Virus record (IMG/VR): IMGVR_UViG_3300047560_000604
Span: 69,467 to 133,466 of that record
Reading direction: 5' to 3' (one strand)
DNA: 64,000 bases
Origin: a virus
Shown: positions 52,276 through 62,512 of the stretch, in pieces
How the letters are laid out: every line of letters begins with the position of its first letter
Position numbering within the stretch: position 1 is the stretch's first letter
Program-made: the position numbers and the translations under genes
Notes under the pieces: model-generated
Database searches by the model: none
The model's input: only the letters and a program-made list of their open reading frames with translations
Told to the model about the DNA's origin: nothing

Positions 52276-54983
52276 TGTCATACGTTGATGCTATTCATTC
52301 CCGTGATGAAGACCGTATCTATGTAGTAGAGAGAACCCCTGAGGGTAAAAGAGCATACAAAGAGTTTCCGGCAAACTATGTTCTTTACTACGAAGACCCA
52401 AAGGGTAAGCAACGAAGTATTTACGGTAAACCAGTAAGTAGATTCAGCACAAGAAAACGACAAGAGTTTGAAAAAGAACGTAGAATTCATTCTGGTAAAC
52501 AACTTTACGAGAGTGACGTTAACGTTGTATTCCGTGCGTTGAGTGAAAACTACTTAGGTGTTGAGCCACCTAAACTTCACACATGCTTTTTCGACATTGA
52601 AGTAGACTTTGACCCAGTTAAGGGTTTCAGTCCTACGAGTGATCCATTCAACCCAGTAACTGCTATCTCGTTGTATTTGGATTGGCAAGACACATTGGTA
52701 ACATTGTGTATTCCACCTAAACACATGAGTAAAGAAACAGCAGAAGAAATTGCAGGCAAGTTTGAAAACACAATCATCTTTGATAATGAAAAGGATATGT
52801 TCGACACATTCTTTCAGTTGATTGAAGATGCTGACGTTATGACTGGATGGAACTCAGAAGGCTATGATATTCCATACATGGTCAATAGAGTTACACGTGT
52901 AATGTCAAAAGACGACACTAGAAAGTTCTGTCTAATGGGACAGCTTCCTAAGCCTCGTGAGTATGAACGATTTGGTAAAGTTGAAATGACTTATGACTTG
53001 ATCGGTCGCATTCACATGGACTATTTACAGTTGTATAAGAAGTACAACTATGAATCACGCCACAGTTACAAACTAGACTTCATCGGTGAGATGGAAGTCG
53101 GTGAGAACAAAACACAATACGAAGGTACGCTTGACCAATTGTATAACAAGGACTGGTTTAAGTTCTTAGAATACAACAGACAAGATACCATGTTGTTGGT
53201 TAAGATTCACAACAAACTAAAATTCTTAGAGTTAGCTAATGCTTTGGCTCATGAGAACACGGTTTTATTGCCCACTGTTATGGGTTCAGTAGCTATGATT
53301 GAAATGGCTATTATGAACGAAGCACATGCACGTGGAATGGTAGTCCCAGACAAGAAAAGGAAGAAAGAAAATGAAGAAGATGTACAGCCAGCGGCAGGTG
53401 CCTATGTTGCTAATCCCCAAAAGGGAATGCATGACTGGGTCGGAGCCGTCGACATTAACTCGCTCTACCCGTCAGTTATCCGCGCACTTAACATGGCGCC
53501 AGAAACCATCATTGCTCAGGTCAGACAGGACCTCACAGACCAATACATGAAAGAAAAAGGTCAGCGCCTTGCTAAAGCTAAGAAGTTTTACAAAGAAGGC
53601 GATGACGATGTAACTGGTGCTATCTTGTGGGAAAACTTGTTCGGTGCTTTAGAGTACACAGCAATTATGGAACAACAGAGAGGCACATTGCTTTGGGTTG
53701 ACTATGAAGATGGTCGCTCTGTTCAAATGTCAGCAGCCGAGATTTGGAAGATGGTCTTTGACAGTCACAAGCCTTGGATGATTTCAGCGAACGGTACAAT
53801 TTACACTTATGAAAAAGAAGGTGTGATTCCCGGATTGTTATCTCGTTGGTACTCAGAACGTAAAGAGACACAAGCAAAAGCAAAAGAAGCATATGGCACT
53901 GACATGTACGACTATTACGATAAGCGTCAGTTGGTTCGTAAGATTCTATTGAACTCAGCTTACGGTGCGTTGTTGAACGAACACTGTCGTTTCTATGACA
54001 AACGTATTGGTCAATCAGTTACACTAAGTGGTCGTCAGATTACTAAGCACATGATGAGCCATATCAACGAGTGTATCGAAGGTGAATACAAACTTGATGG
54101 TCGTTCAATCGTATACGGTGACACTGACTCTTGTTACTTCACTGCTTGGCCCGCATTAAAGGATCAAGTTGCAAATGGTGAAATGAATTGGGACAAAGAA
54201 ACTTGTATTGGATTGTATGATTCAATCGGTGAGAACGTTAACGATAGTTTCCCTGCATTCATGGAGAAAGCATTTCATGCTCCTCGCAAGAATGGTGCAA
54301 TCATTAAAGCTGGTCGTGAATTGATTGGTGATCGTGCAATCTTTATCGTTAAGAAGCGTTATGCTATCAACATCTTTGATAAAGAAGGTAAGCGTAAAGA
54401 TAAAGACGGTGCTCTCGGTGACATTAAGGCTATGGGTCTAGATTTGAAACGTGCTGATACGCCTAAATACGTACAAGAATTCTTAATGGAAGTTCTTAGT
54501 ATGGTTATTCAAAAGGGTAAGACACGTGAAGAAGTGATTGAAGTTATCAAAGACTTTAAGCGTATGCTATCTGAACAAGAATCTTGGACTAAAGGCTCAC
54601 CTAAGTCAGTTAACAAACTAACTACTCATACTAACAATTGGAAGAAGACAGGTAAGTGCGGCGTCGGTCATGCGATGGCAGCTATTAACTGGAACTATCT
54701 GCGTGAAATGAATAGCGACAACTATTCTCAAAAGATTGTTGACGGTATGAAGATTGTAGTTTGTAAGCTAAAGCCTAACCCATTAAAGATGACCAGTGTT
54801 GCTTATCCAACTGATGAACTACGACTACCAGATTGGTTCAAAGAGTTACCATTCGATGATGACTTAATGGAATCAACATTGGTAGATGAAAAAGTTGACA
54901 ACTTACTGGGCGTACTAGATTGGAAGATACGTGAGAACACAGACGTTAAATCTACGTTTAACGATTTGTTCTCATTCGGGTAA
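52275..54983 (+). CDS. gp43: Family B DNA polymerase
   Basis: Exo I FFDIEV, TGWNSEGYDIPY, YN.QD; pol DINSLYPS, KILLNSAYG, YGDTDS, KKRY. 902 aa, uninterrupted. Confidence 0.97.
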   Translation: MSYVDAIHSRDEDRIYVVERTPEGKRAYKEFPANYVLYYEDPKGKQRSIYGKPVSRFSTRKRQEFEKERRIHSGKQLYESDVNVVFRALSENYLGVEPPKLHTCFFDIEVDFDPVKGFSPTSDPFNPVTAISLYLDWQDTLVTLCIPPKHMSKETAEEIAGKFENTIIFDNEKDMFDTFFQLIEDADVMTGWNSEGYDIPYMVNRVTRVMSKDDTRKFCLMGQLPKPREYERFGKVEMTYDLIGRIHMDYLQLYKKYNYESRHSYKLDFIGEMEVGENKTQYEGTLDQLYNKDWFKFLEYNRQDTMLLVKIHNKLKFLELANALAHENTVLLPTVMGSVAMIEMAIMNEAHARGMVVPDKKRKKENEEDVQPAAGAYVANPQKGMHDWVGAVDINSLYPSVIRALNMAPETIIAQVRQDLTDQYMKEKGQRLAKAKKFYKEGDDDVTGAILWENLFGALEYTAIMEQQRGTLLWVDYEDGRSVQMSAAEIWKMVFDSHKPWMISANGTIYTYEKEGVIPGLLSRWYSERKETQAKAKEAYGTDMYDYYDKRQLVRKILLNSAYGALLNEHCRFYDKRIGQSVTLSGRQITKHMMSHINECIEGEYKLDGRSIVYGDTDSCYFTAWPALKDQVANGEMNWDKETCIGLYDSIGENVNDSFPAFMEKAFHAPRKNGAIIKAGRELIGDRAIFIVKKRYAINIFDKEGKRKDKDGALGDIKAMGLDLKRADTPKYVQEFLMEVLSMVIQKGKTREEVIEVIKDFKRMLSEQESWTKGSPKSVNKLTTHTNNWKKTGKCGVGHAMAAINWNYLREMNSDNYSQKIVDGMKIVVCKLKPNPLKMTSVAYPTDELRLPDWFKELPFDDDLMESTLVDEKVDNLLGVLDWKIRENTDVKSTFNDLFSFG

Positions 54984-54991
54984 ACTAATTG

Positions 54992-55020
54992 TTTACAAAC
55001 GTAAAGACTTCCACTATAAT
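54992..55020 (+). promoter_or_regulatory. sigma70-type promoter
   Basis: TTTACA, 17 nt, TATAAT; a TAAATA also at 55037-55042. Confidence 0.75.
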
Positions 55021-55060
55021 ACGTACTAAGTATTCCTAAATACATTAACAAGGACATAAA

Positions 55061-55792
55061 ATGAAAGATACATTAAAAGATATTATTGAGCATACCTCAG
55101 CATTAGGCTTTATCGACCTAATCAAAGTTGCAGGTACCGACAAAGAAACAGTTATCACAGCGGTTGCAGAAGACCGTTCTGTTATCGTAACTGGTACATT
55201 GAAAGCACCTAACGCAGAATTCATCGGTACATTCGGTATGCCAAACTTGTCTAAATTGAAAACTATTCTTAGTTTCGATGACTATGATGACGAATCAATT
55301 ATCACAGTTAACAAGACAAACGCAACTGACCCAGATCAACCCACTATCATTCGATTTGAAACTAAAGACAAGTCATTCATTAACGATTATCGCTTGATGG
55401 GTAAAACTATCGTTGAAGAAAAAGTTAAATCTGTTATCTTCAAGGGTGCAGCATGGAACGTTGAAGTCGAGCCAACTGTAGCAGGTATTCAACGCTTGAA
55501 AAAGCAAAGCCAAGCTAACTCAGAAGAAAAGCACTTTACTACAAAAGTAGATAACGGTGACTTGAAAATCTTCTTTGGTGATCCATCTACTCACAACGGT
55601 AACTTTGTGTTTCACTCAGGTGTTACTGGTCAACTAAACAAGCCATGGCAATGGCCAGTTAGTCAAGTTATCAGCATCTTGAGTTTGCCCGGTGACAAGA
55701 CATTTAAGATTAGCGACCAAGGCGCAACTGAAATCACAGTTGATTCTGGTTTGTCAGTCTATCAATATCTAATTCCAGCACAAGCAAAGTAA
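55061..55792 (+). CDS. gp45: Probable sliding clamp (gp45/PCNA-like)
   Basis: 243 aa, directly after the polymerase, alpha/beta two-domain pattern; assignment from size, context and recalled resemblance. Confidence 0.55.
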   Translation: MKDTLKDIIEHTSALGFIDLIKVAGTDKETVITAVAEDRSVIVTGTLKAPNAEFIGTFGMPNLSKLKTILSFDDYDDESIITVNKTNATDPDQPTIIRFETKDKSFINDYRLMGKTIVEEKVKSVIFKGAAWNVEVEPTVAGIQRLKKQSQANSEEKHFTTKVDNGDLKIFFGDPSTHNGNFVFHSGVTGQLNKPWQWPVSQVISILSLPGDKTFKISDQGATEITVDSGLSVYQYLIPAQAK

Positions 55793-55793
55793 T

Positions 55794-56192
55794 ATGTTGA
55801 ATGGAATCAACACAAGTGGAAGATACCTTCAGGTGACTGGAGGCACATCTTCTACGTATATCAGTAAAAGTTACAACTCTAATGCCAAGATGGTTGGAGA
55901 TATGATGTACGACACTGATTCACAATGTATTAAAGTCTTTGATGGTAGTGCATGGCAACCGTTGTATGGTAGTCATGCTACGGTCGAACTAACTTACGAA
56001 GCTCAATCGTTATTAGATTGGGCACGTAAGAAAAAAGACGAGGAAATGCTGTTGGATAAACAAGCACAAGAAAACCCTGCTATCAAAGACTTAGTAGAAC
56101 AAATCAAACAAAAACAGGAACAAGTCAAAATGATTCAAACTCTTTTGAACAGTCCTGGTGACAACGGCATCAAGCCTTCAATGGTACCTTAA
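55794..56192 (+). CDS. Hypothetical protein (132 aa)
   Basis: Coupled ORF. Confidence 0.75.
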   Translation: MLNGINTSGRYLQVTGGTSSTYISKSYNSNAKMVGDMMYDTDSQCIKVFDGSAWQPLYGSHATVELTYEAQSLLDWARKKKDEEMLLDKQAQENPAIKDLVEQIKQKQEQVKMIQTLLNSPGDNGIKPSMVP

Positions 56193-57751
56193 TGAATCAA
56201 GATAACTTATCGGCAAAACAACAAGACGATTGGGCATTGTTCTTACCAGCAGTTAGCAGTTTCTATATTGCTGGCTTAGGTAAACAACAAAATGGTGAAA
56301 ACTATTTTGAACAATCTCGCATTCCTCAGCAATTCAACGGTGATGTTGAATGTTTAAACTTTCTTAACAGTAAAGAAGGTTTATATACATACAAGTGGGG
56401 TTTGTACTCTGCTGGTCATGCTAACTTAGATCCAACGGATAACGATCCTAAAGAATGGGTAGTTCGTAATCGTGAAGAAGGAACATTTATGTTGGGTGAC
56501 TCCGGTGGTTTCCAAATTCTAAAATGTCAGTGGCCTGCTGATTGGAAAGATCCTAATTGTCCACGTGCTATGAAGAAACGTCAACAAGTGTTGAAATGGA
56601 TGGACACATATATGGACTATGGCATGTGTTTGGATATCCCATCACAATCCTTAACTACCTTCCATATCAAGGATCCTAAGACAGGTAAGAGTGCTCATGG
56701 TATCAGCACAATCGAAGAAGCTATCACTGCTACCCATATTAACAACGAATACTTTGTTGCGAATAGAAATGGCAAGTGTAAGTTCTTAAACGTTCTTCAA
56801 GGTCGTAATCATACACAATCAGAAGTATGGTATAACGAAATGAAGAAATATTGCGACCCAAATATCTATCCAGAGAATCACTTCAATGGTTGGGCGTTCG
56901 GTGGTCAGAACAAGATTGACGTTCACTTGATGCTAACTAGAATGGTTGATATCATTTTTGATGGCTTGATGGTTGAGGGTAAGCATGATTTGATTCACTG
57001 TTTAGGTACAAGTATCTTAGAATACGCTGTATTGTTTAGCGACATTCAACGTGCCATTCGCAAGTATCATAACCCAAAACTTCAAATTACATTTGACTGT
57101 GCAAGTCCATTCTATAGTGCGGCTAAAGGTCTAGCATATTTCAACACAAGTATTGAACACAACAAGAAGTGGGCATACAGTATGGAAAAGACTGCTGAGA
57201 AAAAGTCATACGCAACCGATACTCGTAAATTCAAAGATGCTGTTTTGGCTGAAGGCATCCATAAACTCTTTACTGATAGTCCAGTAACTGATAGAATGTT
57301 ACTTAAGGATCTGTGCTATCGAGGTCAAGGCTTCATAGGACAACATGGTAAAGAAACTAAAACAAGTTGGGACACATTGAGTTACACATTGGTTCAATCG
57401 CATAACGTTTGGATGCACATGAATGCAGTTCAAGAGGCTAATCGTCAATATGACAAGGGAGTTATCCCTAAGATGTTGATGAACGAAACCTTCGAACGTG
57501 TGTTGTTCAAAGATGTTATTGACGAAATCTTCTCCAAGAAAACTAAACAAGAGGCTATTGATTTGATTGATGCTAATAGCAGACTATGGATGCAATTCTC
57601 ATCTGGTAGTCAAGGCTTTAGCGGCAAGAAAACAATCAATGCGTCTACTATGTTTGACCAACTATTCGAAGTTGTTCAAACTGAACCAGAAGTAACTGAC
57701 GAAGAAGAATTAGATAGCGATGATGCTATGAACGAAGCATTAGGAGAATAA
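56192..57751 (+). CDS. tRNA-guanine transglycosylase-like (DpdA-type) base-exchange enzyme
   Basis: MLGDSGGFQI, LDIP, VLQG, GWAFGG, HCLGTS, TFDCASP correspond to TGT core motifs; FolE nearby. Confidence 0.8.
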   Translation: MNQDNLSAKQQDDWALFLPAVSSFYIAGLGKQQNGENYFEQSRIPQQFNGDVECLNFLNSKEGLYTYKWGLYSAGHANLDPTDNDPKEWVVRNREEGTFMLGDSGGFQILKCQWPADWKDPNCPRAMKKRQQVLKWMDTYMDYGMCLDIPSQSLTTFHIKDPKTGKSAHGISTIEEAITATHINNEYFVANRNGKCKFLNVLQGRNHTQSEVWYNEMKKYCDPNIYPENHFNGWAFGGQNKIDVHLMLTRMVDIIFDGLMVEGKHDLIHCLGTSILEYAVLFSDIQRAIRKYHNPKLQITFDCASPFYSAAKGLAYFNTSIEHNKKWAYSMEKTAEKKSYATDTRKFKDAVLAEGIHKLFTDSPVTDRMLLKDLCYRGQGFIGQHGKETKTSWDTLSYTLVQSHNVWMHMNAVQEANRQYDKGVIPKMLMNETFERVLFKDVIDEIFSKKTKQEAIDLIDANSRLWMQFSSGSQGFSGKKTINASTMFDQLFEVVQTEPEVTDEEELDSDDAMNEALGE

Positions 57752-57752
57752 C

Positions 57753-58208
57753 ATGGAACAACAAAGAGAACAAGCATTATTCGAACAACGTCAACGTATC
57801 GCACAGGCTGCGAAGCGCACGATTTTCGTAACATTTCAAAAGGAAGGCATTCATTGCTATCCGGCTGCGGCAACAGACCCTGCATTAAAAACAGGTGACA
57901 TGTATGACGTTAGCTTTCTAGGAACTCCGCATCGTCACATCTTTCACTTTGATGTGTCGATTGAAGTCTTTCACAACGATAGGGATATCGAGTTTATTCA
58001 ATTTAAGCGCTGGCTTGAGCATTTATATGCACAAGGTACGTTACAGTTGGATTACAAAAGTTGTGAAATGTTAAGTGACGATTTGTACAACCAAATTGCT
58101 ACACGATATCCCGACCGTGATATCACTATTACTGTCTCAGAAGACGGTGAGAATGGTGCCACAATCTTTTACAATAAAACTCAACCTCTCAACAACCTAA
58201 AAATTTAA
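57753..58208 (+). CDS. QueD/6-pyruvoyl-tetrahydropterin synthase-like T-fold protein
   Basis: EGIHCYP, PHRHIFHF, DRDIEF, C-terminal VSEDGENGA; His spacing and terminal E resemble QueD; context. Confidence 0.55.
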   Translation: MEQQREQALFEQRQRIAQAAKRTIFVTFQKEGIHCYPAAATDPALKTGDMYDVSFLGTPHRHIFHFDVSIEVFHNDRDIEFIQFKRWLEHLYAQGTLQLDYKSCEMLSDDLYNQIATRYPDRDITITVSEDGENGATIFYNKTQPLNNLKI

Positions 58209-58220
58209 TAGGAAAACAAA

Positions 58221-58427
58221 ATGGCAAAACCAAACATCCAACCTAACCTACGTGTCCGTCAAATCTTTGATGACTTGGACAAGTACCGAGATTTCTGCGT
58301 AGACTTCGGTTACAAGTTTGATGAATCTACACTATATGATATGCGCTCCTACGTATATCGTCAACATAATAAACAGTTGACAGGAAAATATCCTAAGGAT
58401 CAATGGCCTGAAGCAATCACACGATGA
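58221..58427 (+). CDS. Hypothetical protein (68 aa)
   Basis: AGGA RBS. Confidence 0.75.
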   Translation: MAKPNIQPNLRVRQIFDDLDKYRDFCVDFGYKFDESTLYDMRSYVYRQHNKQLTGKYPKDQWPEAITR

Positions 58428-59194
58428 AAAAGGTAGTATTAGTCACTGGTGGATTCGATCCACTACATTCTGGGCACATTGAATATTTCAAAGCCGCAAA
58501 ACAACTAGGCGATGTTTTAGTCGTTGGGTTGAACAGTGACGAATGGTTGGCTCGTAAAAAGGGTCAACCTTTTATGCCTTGGGATGAACGTGCTACTATC
58601 GTATCTGAACTTAAAGATGTATCCAGAGTCATCAATTTTGATGATTCGGATAACTCAGCATGTGATGCAATTAGAAAAGTAAGACAGATTTATCCAGATA
58701 GTGAAATGGTTTTTGCTAACGGTGGGGATAGAACTACTGATAATATTCCTGAAATGAAAATGAGCAACCAAATGCTTCACTTATCGTTTGTGTTTGGTGT
58801 TGGCGGCAATGACAAGATGAATTCGAGTTCTTGGATACTACAAGAATGGAAAGCACCGAAAACTTTGCGTACATGGGGATATTATCGTATACTACATGAA
58901 GTACCAGGCTGCAAAGTAAAAGAACTAACAGTAGAGCCAGGTCAAAGTTTAAGTATGCAAAAGCATTTTAAACGAAATGAATATTGGTTAGTTACTAGTG
59001 GTATGTGTAGTGTAATGTCGGCTATGCCAAACGGTTATATGTTGCCAGTTGTGTTACTCAATGAACATCATTCATATTCTGTACCAAAGGGTGAATGGCA
59101 CCAGCTAGTAAATCCACATAGCATACCATGTCGTATTGTTGAAATTCAGTACGGTGAAGAATGTGTAGAAGAAGATATTGAAAGAAAAGAATGA
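58424..59194 (+). CDS. Cytidylyltransferase-like (RfaE II/HIGH) domain fused to a mannose-6-phosphate isomerase-type cupin
   Basis: TGGFDPLHSGH, GLNSD.WL.RKKG, FANGGDR, NSSSWIL; then RTWGYY, VKELTVEPGQSLSMQKH..R.EYW, EIQYG...EEDIER. Confidence 0.85.
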   Translation: MKKVVLVTGGFDPLHSGHIEYFKAAKQLGDVLVVGLNSDEWLARKKGQPFMPWDERATIVSELKDVSRVINFDDSDNSACDAIRKVRQIYPDSEMVFANGGDRTTDNIPEMKMSNQMLHLSFVFGVGGNDKMNSSSWILQEWKAPKTLRTWGYYRILHEVPGCKVKELTVEPGQSLSMQKHFKRNEYWLVTSGMCSVMSAMPNGYMLPVVLLNEHHSYSVPKGEWHQLVNPHSIPCRIVEIQYGEECVEEDIERKE

Positions 59195-60378
59195 GAACAC
59201 TATATTACATGGGTCTTGAACCCTACAAAGCAAGATACACTCTGCAACTCACAGAGTGGAATGAGCGTGTCTTTAAACGTAGGGGCATCAACTATGTAGT
59301 AGTGCCCGGTGAAACATTGTCTAGTGACCAAGCCATTGTAACCGGTCAAGTGCTTGACGCACATGGTCGTAGTTATTTTGGTATGTCTCAACTAATGAAC
59401 TTAGTTAAGATGATGAAAGAAGGTAAAGTTACAAATGAAGATGTTGTTTACTTTGAAGACATGTTTCAACCGGGCTTTGAAAGCCTACCTTATATCCTTA
59501 ATCAGGTTAGTGATAAACATCGTCCAAGAATTTTTGTTAGGTGTCTCGCACAGTCAATTGACCCTGATGACTTTGTTCACGTATGGGGGATGTCCAAGTG
59601 GATGGGCCTATACGAACAAATGGTGTGTGCGGCTGTACACCAAACTGGAGGTGCTATTCTTGCGTCTAATGAAGAAATGGTCATGAACATGAAGATTGCA
59701 GGCTGGGAAGCCCCGATCTATAATATTTCCGGTCTTGCGTTTGGTAAACAAGAAGTCATTGAACGAGTTGGTACTATCAAACCATTTAATGAACGCAAAC
59801 TCCGTGTTGTATTCTCAGCACGTTGGGATCAAGAAAAGCAACCAGACTTCTACATGGATTTGATTGAAGCGTGGATTGAGCGTCATCCTGGTAGTGGTGT
59901 AGAGTTCTGTATCTGTAGTGGTGCTAAATTAAAAAGCAACAACGACAGTTATATGGAACGTACACGAGACTTACAAAAAGTGGGTCTATTAAAAGTGTAC
60001 GAGGATTTGAACAAGAATGATTACTATGCTGTGGTTAACGATAGCCGTGTCGTTTTTAATTGTGCTTTACAGGATTGGGTCAGCAACACCGTCAGTGAAG
60101 CCGACGCTCTGGGATGTAATGTACTTTATCCTGCTTATCGTTCTTTCCCTGAAACTTTTAGTAACGACCATGAACGTTTATACGTCCCTTGGTCAATAGA
60201 AGATGCTTTGGACAAACTAGAGAAGCTATTGAAGAAGCCACATGAGAACATGGGCAAACTCAGTGACTATACTGACTTGACTATTGACCGCATTGTTGAT
60301 ATAATTGAGGGGAAGGGTGAACAATACCTTCGTATGTCAACCGATTATAGAAAGCATTCACGTGTATCGAAATACTGA
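59191..60378 (+). CDS. GT-B (group 1) glycosyltransferase
   Basis: VVFSARWDQEKQPDF and ALQDWVSNTVSEADALGC (Ex7E-like) motifs. Confidence 0.75.
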   Translation: MRTLYYMGLEPYKARYTLQLTEWNERVFKRRGINYVVVPGETLSSDQAIVTGQVLDAHGRSYFGMSQLMNLVKMMKEGKVTNEDVVYFEDMFQPGFESLPYILNQVSDKHRPRIFVRCLAQSIDPDDFVHVWGMSKWMGLYEQMVCAAVHQTGGAILASNEEMVMNMKIAGWEAPIYNISGLAFGKQEVIERVGTIKPFNERKLRVVFSARWDQEKQPDFYMDLIEAWIERHPGSGVEFCICSGAKLKSNNDSYMERTRDLQKVGLLKVYEDLNKNDYYAVVNDSRVVFNCALQDWVSNTVSEADALGCNVLYPAYRSFPETFSNDHERLYVPWSIEDALDKLEKLLKKPHENMGKLSDYTDLTIDRIVDIIEGKGEQYLRMSTDYRKHSRVSKY

Positions 60379-60562
60379 TGAACTTTGGGAATCATTACTA
60401 TTGAGTAAGTTCCCAAACACACATAAAGAACATATAGCAGAGGCTAAAGTTACTGCTAGTATCGCATGGTTGTTTGGTGATAAAACACAAATGGCTGAGG
60501 TATATGACCAATATGTAATGATGAAACGTTTAACTGACGTACAACCTAAAGAGGAAGATTGA
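60362..60562 (+). CDS. Hypothetical protein
   Basis: Frame of track ORF 60305-60562; GTG 60362 minimises overlap with the upstream gene. Start uncertain. Confidence 0.55.
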   Translation: MYRNTDELWESLLLSKFPNTHKEHIAEAKVTASIAWLFGDKTQMAEVYDQYVMMKRLTDVQPKEED

Positions 60563-60563
60563 A

Positions 60564-61352
60564 ATGGCAACATGGGAATTATCAACCGAATATAAAAAGA
60601 GTTCTATCGAACGTCAAATTTGGACTAAAGATGGTAAGGTAATCATTCGTGAAGAAGGATATCGCTGGGGAACATTCACTGTTGAATCAGATGAAATGCC
60701 AATCTCTCACCAAGATTTGATTGAAAATGAAGAATACGAACTTAGTTGCATCGATAATGATGAATGCTGGGAATTAGTTGATTTATCTGACGGCTGCTGG
60801 GCAGATACAGAAGCAGGACGCAACTGCACAGATGAAGACCTTGCTGCATTTGAAGAAGCATGGGAAGAAAATTGGTATGAAGGTGTTGAAGAACTAGGTT
60901 GGTCTAACGATGACACTGAGTATTACATGACAGGTCCATTGAAGCTAGTTAACAAAGATACTGGCCAAGAATTTAGTGGTTTGATTGATCCTACTACAAT
61001 CATTCATACAATTGAATTGCCAACAGAAGAAGTTCTACCTGAACTTGCACCAATTGTTGATGTCAAAGAAGGAGCTCAATGGCCGTTCACTAACCCAGTA
61101 GCTAACACAAAAGAAACCGCTAAGTGGCCCTTTGAAACTGAACCAGTGATTGAAGAAGAAGGACCTGAATTAACTGATTGGTTTCCTGTTAAAATCAATC
61201 CAGTTCGCAAAGGCATCTATGAAATTCTAACAGTAGAATCAATCAACTGGCCCTACCCTAACAAAGGTGAATGGACTGGTAAGAAGTGGAAGTTCTTAGA
61301 CCACACTGTAACACATTGGCGTGGTCTTGCTAAAGATCCAGGAGCAAAATAA
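60564..61352 (+). CDS. Hypothetical acidic protein with Trp-rich C-terminal module
   Basis: GAGG RBS; C-terminal WFP..INP.RKG.YE...W.GKKW...VTHWRGL. Confidence 0.8.
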   Translation: MATWELSTEYKKSSIERQIWTKDGKVIIREEGYRWGTFTVESDEMPISHQDLIENEEYELSCIDNDECWELVDLSDGCWADTEAGRNCTDEDLAAFEEAWEENWYEGVEELGWSNDDTEYYMTGPLKLVNKDTGQEFSGLIDPTTIIHTIELPTEEVLPELAPIVDVKEGAQWPFTNPVANTKETAKWPFETEPVIEEEGPELTDWFPVKINPVRKGIYEILTVESINWPYPNKGEWTGKKWKFLDHTVTHWRGLAKDPGAK

Positions 61353-61576
61353 TGGCAACAAAAAAGAAATTAGCCAATCAACCATCAGGTGGTTGGCCCA
61401 AGATTAGTCAAGGTACACACTTGACTGTAAAGACTTTTGAAGATGGCTCAGTCGAACTAGTTTGGGATGACGAGCAACTTCTAAAAGAAGTACAGGAAGC
61501 AATTGCTTCCGTAGAACAGATTGATTCTGTTACACCAAAGAAAACAAAAGGAAAGAAAAATGTCAGCACACAATGA
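61352..61576 (+). CDS. Hypothetical protein (74 aa)
   Basis: GGAG RBS; coupled. Confidence 0.75.
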   Translation: MATKKKLANQPSGGWPKISQGTHLTVKTFEDGSVELVWDDEQLLKEVQEAIASVEQIDSVTPKKTKGKKNVSTQ

Positions 61577-61757
61577 TATCAACACACATCTAGAAGCATA
61601 CTTATCAGAGCATGAGAAGTTTGAAAAAGGCAATGCAGCAGCAGGTACTCGTGCCCGTAAAGCATTAGCAGAAATGGCTAAAGCAATCAAAGCACGCCGT
61701 AACGAAATCACTGCTGAAAAGGCAGCACGAGCAGAAGCAAAAGCTGCAAGCAAGTAA
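61560..61757 (+). CDS. Histone H1-like (Hc1-type) DNA-binding protein
   Basis: KFEKGNAAAGTRARKAL...K..R.EI motif, Lys/Ala-rich; start at ATG 61560 (AAGGA RBS). Confidence 0.65.
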   Translation: MSAHNDINTHLEAYLSEHEKFEKGNAAAGTRARKALAEMAKAIKARRNEITAEKAARAEAKAASK

Positions 61758-61764
61758 ACAAGTG

Positions 61765-61831
61765 ATAAATACATGTGCTACACAACGGTAGCACATTCCA
61801 ATTTTCATATCCGCGTTAGGAAGGATTCTAT
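61765..61831 (+). promoter_or_regulatory. Late promoter motif plus structured folE leader
   Basis: ATAAATA 61765-61771; perfect 8-bp hairpin ATGTGCTA/TAGCACAT; ATCC/GGAT hairpin over the RBS. Confidence 0.5.
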
Positions 61832-62512
61832 ATGTCATACAACAAAACAAAATGTGACCCCGAGTTGGGTCGTAAAGTGCATTTGCACTTAAAGAACGTG
61901 GGTGTCGAAACACCTACTGTAGTAGATACTACAGACAGAAAAGAAAAGATTGAAATCATTGAAGGTCACTTCAAGTCAATCATGGAAACTCTAGGATTAG
62001 ACTTAGAAGATGATAGTCTTATCGAAACGCCTAAGCGTGTTGCTAAGATGTATGTCAATGAGATTTTCTGGGGACTAGACTATGAAGCATTTCCAAAGTG
62101 TACTACAGTCGATAACAAAATGTCTTACAACGAAATGGTTGTGGAACGCAATGTATCGGTACAGAGTAATTGCGAACATCATTTTGTTGTTATCGACGGC
62201 TTGGCAACTGTTGCTTACGTTCCCAAGCAAAAGGTCTTGGGACTGTCAAAGATTAATAGAATCGTTGAGTACTTCTCAAAGCGTCCGCAGATTCAAGAGC
62301 GTCTCACCGAGCAAATCTTTCATAGCCTTCAGTTTATTCTTGAAACCGAAGATGTGGCAGTACTCATCGATGCCCAACATTATTGCGTCAAGTCAAGGGG
62401 AGTTGAAGACACAGGATCAAGTACGGTTACGGTTCGTCTTGGGGGTGGCTTCAAAACAGACCCAGCCGCTAGAGCAGAATTTTTGAGCATTGCTCGTCAA
62501 GGTTCAAAATGA
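61832..62512 (+). CDS. folE: GTP cyclohydrolase I
   Basis: TPKRVAKMY, CEHHF, GLSKINR, RPQIQERLT, HYCVKSRG. Confidence 0.95.
   Translation: MSYNKTKCDPELGRKVHLHLKNVGVETPTVVDTTDRKEKIEIIEGHFKSIMETLGLDLEDDSLIETPKRVAKMYVNEIFWGLDYEAFPKCTTVDNKMSYNEMVVERNVSVQSNCEHHFVVIDGLATVAYVPKQKVLGLSKINRIVEYFSKRPQIQERLTEQIFHSLQFILETEDVAVLIDAQHYCVKSRGVEDTGSSTVTVRLGGGFKTDPAARAEFLSIARQGSK

Noticed and set aside
52275-54983. Intein or intron in the DNA polymerase
   Set aside because: All motifs are contiguous and the length is about that of T4 gp43.
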